64,000 bases of DNA from Eledone cirrhosa (GCA_964016885.1 OZ024741.1:26040001-26104000), one strand, 5' to 3'; counted from the stretch's first letter, positions 15,942 to 28,162 are shown. Translations and numbers: made by a program. Notes: generated from the letters alone by a model not told the origin.

Positions 15942-16524
15942 GTAAGCGTTACTTTTATTTCTGTGCAATCAATCACTTTCACAGAGAGAAAGGTTGTACT
16001 CATGGCCCATTTTAGGGTCTCTGAGTCCAGTGGGAGTGAGGAAGGAAGCTCCTCAAACTGGGGACCTGGCTCAAATGCTTGTAAAACATTCAAAGACCAA
16101 ATTAGTATCATAGAACTTGATTAACACCATTAATTAAAGATATACATTTGTCTCATGAGTCTGATGAGTAGATTAATAATGGAGTCAGGCCCATAAATTC
16201 GATGGACAACCTTGAGCCAATCCTCTGCTGAACACACGTAACAGGTCAACACACAATAAAAATCTAACTACATGTAAACGAAACTAATTTTTCCCTAATA
16301 TTTTTTTATATATATAACCCTTGGTGGCAGAGAAAGTGGATGTTAAAACGACAATGATGATGATATATCATCATCAGCATTTAACGTCTATTAAACGATG
16401 ATGATGATGACATATCATCACGGTTGAGCTCTTGCTATTTCAATAGCTAGTTCCAGAGCAGAACTAACTGTTGAAACAGCATAAATATATATATATATAT
16501 ATATATATAGTAATAATAATAATA

Positions 16525-16690
16525 ATTGTTTCTACTTTTGGCACAAGGCCAGCAATTACCCAGTGTATTACTGGTACTTTATTTTATCGACCCCGTAAGG
16601 ATGAAAGACAAAGTTAACCTCGGCAGGATTTGAACTCAGAATGGCAAGGGCCGTAACTCTATGCATCAAAGCCTGGCGTCCGACCCTTAA
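16525..16690 (-). mobile_element. SINE family 2 copy
   Basis: TTGTTTCTACTTTTGGCACAAGGCCAGCAATT...GGATTTGAACTCAGA, near-identical to the 26035 and 26935 copies. Confidence 0.8.
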
Positions 16691-16729
16691 TAATGCTTTC
16701 TTTATTATATTTTTTATTTATTCTTTATT

Positions 16730-16762
<33 letters not shown>

Positions 16763-16764
<2 letters not shown>

Positions 16765-18700
16765 CTCCACACAAACAACTTGTTACCAGACAAACAGAAA
16801 GGATGCCGAAAGAAGTTCCGTGGTACAAAGGACCAGTTACTTATTGATAAGATGGTAATGAGGAATTGCAAGAGGAGACACACTGGTCTTGCCATGGGAT
16901 GGATAGACTACAAAAAGGCATTTGACATGGTGCCTCATTCTTGGATCACCAAAAGCCTAGAGATCTTCAAGGTGGCAGATAACATCAGACAGTTGTTGAG
17001 CAAAAGTATGAAGTCCTGGAAAACAGAGTTAACATCAGCTGGAGAATCCTTGGGAGGCGTGAAGATCAAGAGAGGTATCTTCCAGGGAGATAGTCTGTCC
17101 CCTCTGTTGTTTGTCCTTGTCCTGATGCCCCTGACCATTATACTGCGAAAAGTGAGAGCAGGATACAAGTTGGGAAAGGGAGAGCTTACCATCAATCACC
17201 TCCTCTTCGGGAAGAGTGAGAAGCAGTTGGATGTGCTTGTTGACACTGTCCGTATTTTCAGCAATGATATATGTATGCAATTTGGTATTAGTAAGTGTGG
17301 AGTCCTTATGATGAAGAGGGGTAAATTGAGCAGAAGCAACGGAATCCAGGTACCAACAGGTGAGATGATAAAGGAAATTGACACTGAAGAAGGATACAAG
17401 TATTTGGGTGTTCTGGAGGCTGATGACATCAAGAACAAAAAAATGAAGGAATTGATAAGATCTGAATACATTTGGAGAGTAAGGAGCGTATTAAAGTCAC
17501 ATCTGAACAGTAGGAATGCCATAAGTGCAGTAAATTCCCGAGCTGTGTCTATTATTACGTACAGTGCGGGAATTCTGAGATGGAATGTTGCTGAACAAAA
17601 AGAAATGGATAGGAAGACTAGGAAGCTATTGACTATCTACAACATGTTCCACAAGAGGAGTGATGTCGATAGTCTCTACTTAAGGAGATCTGAAGGTGGA
17701 AGAGGTCTTAGCATAGAGGACTATGTTCAGATGGAGAAAAAACAATCTACACAAATACGTGACTGATAGTAAGGAGCCAATGCTCAGAATTGTACTGAAG
17801 GAGAGGACAATAGACCAGGAGATGTCCAAGGAGGAAATGACAACAAGGAGAAAGAGCAGCCTTCAGGAAAAATCCCTTCATAGTACCTTCTTTGAGAAAA
17901 CTGAATTCAGAGATCCACAGACATGGAACTGGTTGAAAAGAGGAGACCTTAAAAAGGCTACAGAAGGAATGCTAATGGCTGCGCAAGAGCAGGCCCTCAA
18001 AACGAAGTGGCTGAAACACCATATTTACAAGGAGGAGGCTAGCCCACTGTGCAGGATCTGTGGAGAGAGAGAGGAGACTGTGGCACACATTATATCCGAG
18101 TGTAAACACCTAGCCCAGACTCACTATAAAGGCTGGAGACTTGATGTGATGGGCAGGGTGATCCACTGGCACCTATGCAAAGTAAACAATTTACCACATT
18201 CTGAGAAGTGGTATGAGCATAAGCCAGAGTCGGTGATAGAAAACGATCAGTTGAAGGTGCTGTGGGATTTTAGGATACAGACGGACAAGAAACTGGAACA
18301 CAATAGACCTGACCTGGTGGTTTTGGACAAGGAAAAAAGATTGTGCCTGATTGTGGATGTGGCCTGCCCATTCGACACAAGAGTGCAAGAGGAGGAGAGG
18401 GAGAAAATTAACCGATACCAGGACTTAAAGTGGGAGGTAAAAAGGATTTGGAACTGCCATGAAGTCAAAGTGGTCCCGATTGTCATAGGCGCACTAGGTA
18501 CTATCTCAAAGAGTTTCCAGGGATGGTTAAAGAAAATTGGCCCCTCCCGCTTTTTGGAACACTTCAAAAGGCATGTTTGCTGGGAACAGCAAGAACCCTC
18601 CGATACATCCTGAATATCTGAGGCTGCAGGTAGTGGCTTGATATTCATTTCAACAAACTTTCCAGTTAACTAACATCAATGACTGAGACTCAAAGAACAA
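16763..18700 (+). mobile_element. 5'-truncated, inactive Dong/R4-clade non-LTR retrotransposon (RT + CCHC + restriction-like endonuclease)
   Basis: [31 protein letters not shown]; CRIC..ETVAHIISEC knuckle; RPDLVV..IVDVACP REL motif. Frameshifts at ~17740 and ~18550. (TAA)n on both sides. Confidence 0.9.
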
Positions 18701-18782
18701 TAATAATAAATTTGAAGACTAAAATCCAAAGAGGGCTCGATAAGGATAAATATATATCAAATATATAAGAACCATAGAGCAA

Positions 18783-21098
18783 ATATTTATTAAAATAACA
18801 GATTAAAGTTTAAGCAAAGAATCGCTGCTTTCACCCTTAATGGGATCTTCTGAAACTAAAAAAAATCAATCTGTGAACACAGAAGTAAATATTTCGAAAA
18901 ACGTTGCAACTGAAGGAAGACAGGAGGACGATACTTTGGTTCGTGGAGACGTTCCTTGCCAATGAACAGAAAAAAATGAAGATAATACATCATTATTTGG
19001 AGCGGTGAGAACAATTACACACAAAGACAAAACCACGTTTATGGTATAAATGAAGTCGTAGACTATCTGGTATAAATGAAGTCGTAGACTATCTAGGAAA
19101 CTGAATGATTCTCGGCTACAGAGTTAAGAATAGTGTAAATACATTACAGAGGTTATTGAAATCAACAATAATTAAATATATACATGCACACATCCATATA
19201 CGTACATACACATGCATATGCGAAAACACCCGCCATGGGTATGCATATACAACCACGTACACAAAAGCACACGCACACATCCAAAACCCCCGCAACACCT
19301 GTACCCGCACACATACGAACGTATACACCAAATACACAAAATATATATATGTGTGCGAGTGCGTGTATACATATAATTATATAAACATATATAAATATAC
19401 ACACATAAATACGTATATAACACGCGCCACACATACCTATAGGTAAATACACATATGTTCACTAAACATACGTCAACCAAAACACAAAGTACACATATAC
19501 ACACACCCTATATACGTCCAAACCCGCATACACACACAAATACAAAATACACGTATACACACAACCACATGTACCAGTATATATAATATAATATATACAC
19601 CTATAACAAATACAAGCAAACATGCGTACGAGAAAGTATACGTACCTTCACAAAACATACAGGTAAAATATACTTACCTATACAAATAAGTAATGGTATA
19701 AACATAAAATATACTTAGCTACCACATCAAGATGTAAATTGTAAATTATCCGCGTTTAGTACGTACTATCCGTTAGGGTATAACGTGGGGCTGTAATACA
19801 GGAAAGTTTTATCAATTTATGTTTACAAGCCGAAATTGCCTCAGATTTTTTGTTTAAGATGTGGTCATTGGCGTAGAGTATTTCTAGGGCTTCAGTGGTG
19901 CAGAGGTCACATGGTCTTTTATTTCCATTATACGATCTAGCCTCAGCTAGGATCTCCCAGTGTAACCTATATTGGGTGTGGTTGTCTTTTAGACTCCAGA
20001 TATAAGCTGAGTGTGACGTCATATTCCTTCTTAAAGGGTTAAGAAAAGAATGGATATGCATGTAAAGACGCTGCTTGAATCTATTGACGGTTAACCCTAT
20101 GTAGTCCCTACAGCACGTGGATGTTTCAACCTTACATTTGTAGACAATGTTACTGGAGAGGCATTTCCTGGATAGGGGGCAGTCAACCCGATTCCTACAA
20201 TTACAGTTAGTACTAACTACAGGGTTGATCGTGTTCCTACGGTTAGGTAATTTAGCTAAATTTGACGCAGTGATGTTATGTGCAAGGTAAGGAGTCGTAG
20301 AGTAAGAAATGTTAATGGTATTTGTATTAAAAATTTTATTATGTACGTGTATTTTGCGTTTGTGTGTGTATGCAGGTTTGGACGTATGTAGGGTGTGTGT
20401 ATATGTGTACTTTGTATTTTGGTTGATGTACGTTTAGCGAACATATGTGTGTTTACCTGTAGGTATGTGTGTGTGAGCGTTATATACGTATTTGTGGGTA
20501 TATTTATATACGTTTATATAATTATATGTATACACGCACACACACACATATACATATTTTTTGTGTATTTAGTGTATACGTTCGTATGTGTGTGGGTACA
20601 GGTGTTGCGCGGGTTTTTGTATGTGTGTGCGTGTTTTCGTGTACGTGCTTGTATATGCATACCCATGGCGGGTGTTTTTGCGTATGCATGTATATGTACA
20701 TTTATGGATGCGTGCATGTATATATTTAATTATTGTTGATTTCAATAACCTCTGTAATGTATTTACATTATTCTTAACTCTGTAGCCAAGAATCAAATAG
20801 AAACCTAAATGGAATTTTAGTCTACGACTTCATTTATACCATAAACGTGGTTTTGTCTTTGTGTGTAATTGTTTTCACCGCTCCACATAATGACGTATGA
20901 TCTTCGCTTTTTTTCGTTCTTTGCCAGGGAACGTCTCCACGAACCAACGTATCGTCTTCCTGTTTTCCTTTGGTGGCAACGTTTTTCGAAATATTTACTT
21001 CTGCGTTCACAGATTGATTTTTTTAGTTTCAGAAGATCCCGTTAAGAGTGAAAGCAGCGATTTTTTGCTTAAACTTTATTCTGTTATTTTAATAAATA
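18783..21098 (-). mobile_element. Penelope-like element, 5'-truncated: GIY-YIG endonuclease fragment (~20330-19756, minus strand) with 3' region and an inverted copy of it
   Basis: Minus frame reads CNCRNRVDCPLSRKC..NIVYKC..DYIGLT..FKQRLYMH..YIWSLKD..CDLC..LNKKSE..CKH. Arms 18783-19557 and 20342-21098 are reverse complements. Confidence 0.88.
18807..18857 (-). ncRNA. type I hammerhead-ribozyme-like motif (U4A variant) in the Penelope 3' region; weaker second copy at 21025-21075 (+)
   Basis: AGUUU-CAGAAGA-UCCCAUUAAGGGU-GAAA-GCAG...UUGCU-U-AAACU; stems I, II and III pair by eye. Confidence 0.5.
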
Positions 21099-21106
21099 TA
21101 TATATA

Positions 21107-21449
21107 TCATCATCATCATCATCATTTTACATCCACTTTTCCCTGCTTGCAAGGGTGGGACGGGAACTGATTCTGGCTTGATTTCTACAGCTGGATGCGC
21201 TTCCTAACACAAACCTCATTTACAATGAGTGGTGGGTGTTTTTTTTCTGTGGGACCTACACATCCACTTTGCAGTGGAATGATATGGACCCTAGTTCCTA
21301 TCATCTCATTTCTACAGCTGAGTAAACTGGAGCAATGTGAAATAAAGTGTCTTGCTCAAGGAAACAACACATCACCCGGTCTGAGAATTGAACTCACAAC
21401 CTTTCGATTGCAAAGCCAATGCTCTAACCACTAAACCATGTGCCTCCAT
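21107..21449 (-). mobile_element. full-length tRNA-SINE (family 1)
   Basis: Reverse complement of 21787-22123; (CAT)n tail. Confidence 0.9.
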
Positions 21450-21475
21450 ATCTTTAACCCCTAAGCCATGTGCCT

Positions 21476-21527
<52 letters not shown>

Positions 21528-21786
21528 TTAGAAATGCGCCTCCGGTAAAAACTTAAAACCAAAACTGAATACTAACGAATACTTATTACTAATTTATACT
21601 TATTCCTAATTAAATTTGTCACCATTTTCTTTTCCTTTTTACTAATATATCACAATTCGTGTGTCACAACTCTATATTTTTAAATATATATATATATCAT
21701 CATTATCACAGTTTAACATCCAATTTTTCCACACTAGCATGAGATAGACGAGTTGTCCTGTTGTGGGACAAGCCATATATATAGTG

Positions 21787-22123
21787 TGGAGGCACATGGC
21801 TTAGTGGCTAGAGCATTGGCCTTGCAATCGAAAGGTTGTGAGTTCAATTCTCAGACTGGGTGATGTGTTGTTTCCTTGAACAAGACACTTTATTTCACAT
21901 TGCTCCAGTTTACTCAGCTGTAGAAATGAGATGATAGGGACTGGAGTCCCTATCATTCTACTGCAAAGTGGTCGTGTAGGTGCCACGGCAAAAACCACCC
22001 AGCACTCACTGTAAATGAGGTTGGTGTTAGGAAGGGCATCCAGCTGTAGAAATCAAGCCAGAATCAGTTCCAGTCCCACCCTTGCAAGCAGGGAAAAGCG
22101 GACGTAAAATGATGATGATGATG
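21787..22123 (+). mobile_element. full-length tRNA-SINE (family 1)
   Basis: A box TGGCTTAGTGG at 21797, B box GAGTTCAATTC at 21840, core CAAGACACTTTATTTCACATTGCTCC, (ATG)n tail. Confidence 0.9.
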
Positions 22124-22173
22124 ATATATGTGTGTGTGTGTGTGTGCCTCACTTTCACTCTCTTCCATTACAG

Positions 22174-22343
22174 GGCCGTGAACAAGAACACACCTTTTTG
22201 TTTCGCCTGCAAGACCGTAAGGCATGTAAGCACCTATGGAAGTGTGCAGTGGAACATCATGCCTTCTTCCGACTGAAAAAACCCCTAAAAGGGGCCAATG
22301 CAAGACAGAACTTCTTTAGAATGGGATCACGTTTTCGATACAG
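22174..22343 (+). CDS. EPB41L5: Yurt/EPB41L5-like exon (end of FERM-C, start of FA): [12 protein letters not shown]...[17 protein letters not shown]...[10 protein letters not shown](S)
   Basis: ttacAG / GTCAGT; diagnostic GREQEHTF and [14 protein letters not shown]; phase 0 to 2. Confidence 0.97.
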
Positions 22344-22823
22344 GTCAGTATCTGTTTATTTTTTACATATGCTTTTCCTCGCCCAAATCACAAAACCACT
22401 GACTTTTACATATTTATATATATATATATCATCAGCAGCATTTAATGTTCCTTTTCCTTGCTAGCAAGGTCTGGACAGGTTTTCACAGACTAAATTAGTA
22501 CTCAAGTGGAACTACTGACCTGTCAGATTGGTCAAGAGCTCCCCTCTTGCTTACTTGCATTCCCACAGTCAACCATGTGCTCAGGCGGGCTTGAGGCCCA
22601 CATCCCCACAGTCTACTGAGTGCATTTTATCATAGCAGCAGCACTAGATAGTTGTCATATCTTTGATACAACTGAAAAGTCCTCCCAACCCTTTGTTTGG
22701 ATAGTTTTCTACAAGCATGAAAAAACAGATGTAATAACTATGATAATTAAGCTCTGTTACCTACATAGAGCACTCTTTTTTCCTGGATTTTCCGACGGAA
22801 TTACTTCATTTATTACATAACTA

Positions 22824-22855
<32 letters not shown>

Positions 22856-22856
<1 letters not shown>

Positions 22857-23325
22857 TGGGCATGGATACATTGAAACTCCAACGTCTGGCAACTGACTTG
22901 GTAAACACCCACAAAATTATTAACCATCTTGCCAACAACAACCCTGAGTACCTTTTTGATTTCCATGTGTCTAACACACGTGGGCATGCCAACAGAGTCA
23001 GAAAACAGCACAGCTCCCATGACTTTCGGAAACATTTTTTCACGCTCGGGGTTGCTGAAGCATGGAACAAACTACCTGCATCAGTTAATGGCTGTCGAGA
23101 CACTGCATCCTTTAAAATCTCCATGCTTCCTGAGATTCGCCAACACTACACCTGATGCCCCCCCCCCCCTCCATACACACATACACACACACACACACAT
23201 GTATTTCATGACTTGCACATTGTTCATTTTCCTAACATTTGTACATTATTCTATGTACTATACATGCACCTTTGATGAGTTGTAGTGCACCTGAGCACTG
23301 TACACAATAATTTCATTATTATTCT
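22856..23325 (+). mobile_element. 3' fragment of CR1-type LINE
   Basis: LRR-type motif LQRLATDL, NTRGH, FFTLGVAEAWNKLP; same 3' UTR (GTAGTGCACCTGAGCACTGTACACAAT) as the 62775 copy. Confidence 0.88.
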
Positions 23326-23476
23326 CTATATAACAATCCTTTATGAGCGAGACAAGGTCACCTGACCCAACTTGCCTCTAAATGGGACAAACCTGTCTAA
23401 CCCATGCTAGCATGGAAGATAGACGTTAAACGATGATGATAATATATATGATGGTGGTGTATAATAAACATACATG

Positions 23477-23557
23477 TACAGGGTGTGGCAAAAATACCTC
23501 CCACATTTTAATGGTTGATCATGTAAAATATGGGAGGTTTTTCTCCCACGACCTGTA
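23477..23557. mobile_element. ~80-bp Tc1/mariner-type hairpin MITE
   Basis: TA-CAGGGTGTGG..ACCTCCCACATTTTA / TAAAATATGGGAGGT..CCACGACCTG-TA. Confidence 0.65.
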
Positions 23558-23589
23558 TCTTACGAACATTTAAAAAAAATTTTTTAAAG

Positions 23590-24865
23590 CTGAGATCATG
23601 TGACTGCTATCTCAGTAATGGTGAGAATGCCAGGCAACTCTTTCTGGATTTTTATCCACCATCGGTGACATTCACTCACTTGTTACTGAAACAAAATACA
23701 CTCAAGTTTATGTGGTTTGTTTGTGTATGAAACATTAGCTGGAGGTACTCTTATGCATATAGTGCAAATTTGACTGGTTAAAGGGATATAATTAGAAGGG
23801 ACACTAACAAGTTCAAATTCCGTCGAGGTTAACTTTGCCTTTCATCCTTACGGGGTCGGTAAAATAAAGTACCAGTAATGTACTGGGTAATTGCTGGCCT
23901 TGTGCCAAAAAGTAGAAACAATTATTATATGTTTATTATATATGCTTTCATATAGATAGCTATGATGAACCACGCTATGTTAGTGCCACTTTTAATTACC
24001 ATATGTATATTAGTGGTATATATGAAGGTACATACGATATGTTTATGCACAATAAACATAATCTCAGATCCCAAATAATAAGTGTGGAGGGGGTGGGGGG
24101 TAATTTTTCTAGGTTGTCTCCGTTGATTTTTTTTTTAAAACCAAAATTAGTCGTTTAGTTTACATATTGAGACCCCAACCAATCCTATTTATTTTATAAC
24201 GTATGGGATTTCTAGTAATGTTCTTTTTTTGTCATGTATAATGTTTTTTAATGTCTAAAGAAAATTGTTGCAGGAATGTTACCACTTAAAATAATATTTT
24301 GCCAGAGATAGATTAGCAAAATTTAATAAGTGGGTGTGTGGGGCGTGGAATAAGAGCGTAAGGGGGATGGAAAAAATCTGAAAAATTAATAAGCGAGGAG
24401 TGGATGTAATTATTCAAGACCCATGGATAGAAAAGTCATGTCACAGCTATCTCAGTAGCTATGTGAGAAAGTCACACACGTGTTTCTGAATTTTTATTTG
24501 TCATCATTTACTCATTTGGTACTGAGACAAGAATAAGTTATAGCTTATATACATACTTGCATATGAAACATAGGCTGGAAATGCTCATTTGCATATAACA
24601 CAAATTAACATCAGCAGGAGATGTTCATTTGCATGTAGTGCAAGCTTGACTGGCTAGGAGGATTAATTAACTGTAGCACTAACATAGAGTGGTTCATAAG
24701 GGGAGTATATAGGAAAGCATGTATGATATGTTTATGTATAATATACATACATGAGTTTCACTATGAATATTTTAAGCTGTGATCATGTCACAGCTATATC
24801 AGAATATCAGACACATGTTTCTGGGTTTTTAGCCATCATCAGTGATGTTTACTCACTTGGTACTA
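23590..24865. repeat. old degenerate direct repeat, 3 partial copies (~23590, ~24433, ~24775); SINE fragment at 23810-23925
   Basis: TCATGT(G/C)AC(T/A)GCTAT(C/A)TCAG...TTTCTG..TTTT..CATC..TACTCA.TTG.TACT recurs. Confidence 0.6.
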
Positions 24866-24884
24866 ATTCATTATTTTGGCCGTT

Positions 24885-25200
24885 TGTATTCGCGATTGTA
24901 TTCTTTCAGTCATTACCAAAGACTCATGACTGTAGGTAAGGGTTGGCATGAATACCGAATTGAAGATAGTGAATTTGGCTATTACACCTACCTCCCTTCT
25001 TCTGATTACTGAATGCTGAAACTGGTACATTACTGCACCAGCTCCTGAAATTCTTGTACTTATTTCAGCTTCCTGCCTTCCATCACTTGTGAATACGGCC
25101 CCAAGATACTTGAACTTCTTCAGTGGAACTCCAATCATATGTAACATGCTCTGTGCAGGCTTCCTTGAGAGGAGGAGTATCTCAGTTTTCACAGATGGTA
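24885..25200 (-). mobile_element. RTE-clade LINE fragment (post-RT region)
   Basis: KFKYLGAVFTSDGRQEAEISTRI..PTLTYSHE..MTERIQSRIQ. Confidence 0.8.
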
Positions 25201-25261
25201 TTAGGGATGTTGATAATAATTCTGATAATGATGATGATCTCTTTCATTTCTATATTAACAG

Positions 25262-25414
25262 TGGCTACACAGAGTACCAAACGGCTGCCATTAACAGAGC
25301 TCGGCGTGGCGTCAAGTTTGAGAGGAGAGCAAGTCAAAGGTATTCGAGACGGCCAACATTTGAGAGACAAGAGAAGGAGGAGGAGTTGCTCAGACGTGAT
25401 ACAGAGTCCCGAAG
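25262..25414 (+). CDS. EPB41L5: Yurt/EPB41L5-like exon (FA domain): (S)GYTEYQTAAINRARRGVKFERRASQRYSRRPTFE...
   Basis: taacAG / GTAAGT; SGxTEYQT and FERRxSxRYSRR motifs; phase 2 to 2. Confidence 0.95.
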
Positions 25415-26034
25415 GTAAGTAGAAAACAGATACAACAGCAGCCCTTCTTGTAGAGGTTTCAGTTAGAAGGGAGGGCAATACTATTGAATGCTGTCAAGAT
25501 CTCTCAGATTGGTTATAGGGAGAAAGGAAGGTATCTTCAAACTGGAGATCTGGCCTAAATGCTTGGTGCTAAAGCTGATAATGGATTCTGTCTACAATAC
25601 ATTTAGGCCAGAACAGAAAGAGCCGCAACACTGCAAGGCATCATATCTGATTTGGTAACTTTGTCAGTCAACCACTCTAGACTGATATGGTAACTTTGTC
25701 AGTCAACCACTCTAGACTAGATACTTTATCAAAAAGATAAAGATTAAATACAAAGATGGCTTCAGCTGGATTTGAACTCAGAATGCAAGGAGCTGGAATA
25801 AGTACTTTGAGTTGCAATGCTTTTGTTAATTCACCACCTTACAATTGGGTTTCATTTTCCATTTGAAATATGGTCATTCCGAAGTAAATGACTTAAATAA
25901 CGGTTGAAAAAATCGGGTAAAGTACCCCTAGAAATGGAAAAAAGTGGACAAAGCAAAGGCGCCTTGTTTAACCCTTTCATGACCATATTTCTAATAAGAA
26001 TGTATTGCCTTTCGGATTTAATTATCAAAATAAT

Positions 26035-26222
26035 TGTTTCTACTTTTGGCACAAGGCCAGCAATTATCCCAGTGTATTACTGGTACTTTATTTTATTTAC
26101 CCCGTAAGGATGAAAGGCAAAGTTAATCTCAGCAGGATTTGAACTCAGACCATAAAGGGCCGTAACTCTTTGCTACAAAGCATGACATCCGACCCTCTAC
26201 CGATACTGCCAATCCACCGCCT
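26035..26222 (-). mobile_element. SINE family 2 copy with ~18-bp TSD TTTAATTATCAAAATAAT
   Basis: Direct repeat on both sides; head GGCGGTGGATTGGCAGTATCGG on the minus strand. Confidence 0.88.
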
Positions 26223-26289
26223 TTTAATTATCAAAATAATCATGACATATGGACAGTAGCTAGAGAGGCAGGTCAAAACTGGTGAGCTA

Positions 26290-26530
26290 GACTAAGGTAA
26301 CATTTTCCTCCAGGCCACCAGGAGAACATCTGAGGGGGCAATCCCAAACAACTGCAGTACTGTCTGGTCAGGGTCCCCACAGTCACATGCTGGGCTATCT
26401 TTCATTCTCCATCGATGGAGATGATGGACTCTCCTGGTATGTGTTCTACAGATCTGATTAAAGGACACAAATTGCTTTCTTGGAAGGTCAAAGCCTGTTA
26501 GTTTAGATGTGGGGTCCTGGACGAGGTTTA
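26290..26530 (-). mobile_element. non-LTR retrotransposon C-terminal zinc-knuckle fragment
   Basis: DPT...GFDLPRKQF..LHRW..KDSPACDCGDPDQT. Confidence 0.65.
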
Positions 26531-26547
26531 ATGAAATAACTACCATT

Positions 26548-27218
26548 CCATTTAAACCGACCATATCTGACCAAAATTCTCTCACCTCTTTCTATTCAAA
26601 CCAGCTGTAATCGGCTGTTCCTACTTATGTTAAGGTTTTGTTCTCAAAATAAATATCAAAATATCGACTTGATATTATGAGAGATATGTGAGGTAAAGCC
26701 TTTACAGTGAAAATATAATAGTATATATAGAGTAATGTGAATGCTAAAGGGTTAATAACAAGAATATTTACCTACTGAAATCTGGTATGTAATAAAATTT
26801 CTGTCCAAGTTTTAAATTAAAATTTATCTCTTTAGCATTTAAACCAGCCAGAATTCTCTCTCCTCTTTCTGTTTAAACTGGCTGTAAACCGTCCACTCAT
26901 ACTGATGTTAAGGTATTGTTCTCAAAATAAATAATTGTTTCTACTTTTGGCACAAGGCCAGCAAATACCCAGTACATTACTGGTACTTTATTTTATCGAC
27001 CCCGTAAGGATGAAAGGCATAGTTAACCTTGGCTTGATTTGAACTCAGACCGTAAAGGAACGTAACTAAGCTGGAAAGCATGGCGTCCGACTATCTACCA
27101 ATACTGCAAATCCAATAAATAATATCAAAATCTCATATATTTGATGTTCCGTGAGCTAAAACCTTTACCGTGAAAATATAATAGTAAATATAGATTAATG
27201 TAAATGATAAAGGGTTAA
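26548..27218. mobile_element. two tandem piggyBac-type MITE copies (~26548-26755; ~26824-27218), the second with a nested SINE (~26935-27113)
   Basis: Both end in AAAGGG-TTAA with the same internal sequence as 14497; the SINE is flanked by AATAAATAAT repeats. Confidence 0.8.
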
Positions 27219-27292
27219 ACACATTACGTAATAAAAGCAGCATTGGGTGTGTTGCTATCATTTTTAATCATTTTTTTTCTTCTGTTATGCAG

Positions 27293-27759
27293 GCAAGTAC
27301 AGAGAGGACAAGATATTGATGGTGAAAGCAAAACTAAAGGTAGCCAGGAATCTCTGCTAAACACACGGTCCCCATCACCTATGGTAGAAACTTTGACACA
27401 GTCCCCTAAACAGAGACCTGCTGGTAAATACACCAATTCCAAAAGTAGAAACATCTCAAACAGCAGTGTCACTACTGCTACTACTACCACCACTACTACA
27501 ACTACTACTACTATGAATACTAATACTGCTACAACTACTACTGCTACTAGTGCTGTTGTTGATCCTTCAGAACAGTCACAGTCTGCTCCAATTTCTCCTT
27601 TAGAGCGTCTTGATTCTCTCATCAAAGGTGTTCAAGCTTCTGAACCTTGTCATCCACCTAAAGAGAATCTCTCCCCACCCCCTGCTGCTAAACTTACCAT
27701 CAAGAAAACACCCCAAACACCAGAGTATACTGAAGAAAAGCCGGAAGTCTCATTACAAG
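27293..27759 (+). CDS. EPB41L5: Yurt/EPB41L5-like exon, Ser/Thr/Pro-rich with poly-Thr tract
   Basis: Long polypyrimidine tract + tgcAG, donor GTGATT; open frame, phase 2 to 1, matches both neighbours. Confidence 0.85.
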
Positions 27760-27934
27760 GTGATTGTTTTGTTGATTTTTTTTTATATATATTTTTATAA
27801 CCAATTCTAATTATCATCATCATCATCATCTTTCTCCTCCTCCACTACCACCTCATCCTGCCTGTGTCATCGCCTCTGTGAGTCTCAGTGATTTGAGGTC
27901 AACTCTTACAACCTCCACCCAAGTCTAAATCTCT

Positions 27935-28162
27935 ATAACCCTTTAGCATTTAAACCGGCTATATCCGGCTGGAATTCTCTCACCTCTTTCTGTTCAAACC
28001 AGCCACAACTGGCCACTTATACTTATGTTAGGGTGTTGTTCTCAAAATAAATATCATCAAAATCTCATAAATTCGATATTATGTGAGATAATTATGTGAG
28101 CTAAATCCTTACCGTGAAAATATAATAGTAAATATAGAGTAATGTAAATGTTAAAGGGTTAA
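27935..28162. mobile_element. piggyBac-type MITE copy
   Basis: (A)TAA-CCCTTTAGCATTTA...TAAATGTTAAAGGG-TTAA. Confidence 0.85.

Noticed and set aside
16155-16215. CTGATGAG as a hammerhead core
   Set aside because: No properly placed GAAA and no pairing stems.
19105-20796. Multiple short ORFs rich in Y/I/H/T/C/V
   Set aside because: Translations of CA/TA-rich low-complexity sequence in the Penelope arms.
21787-21860. tRNA gene
   Set aside because: A and B boxes are present but there is no proper acceptor stem, and the sequence runs into a SINE core and tail with a second full copy nearby.
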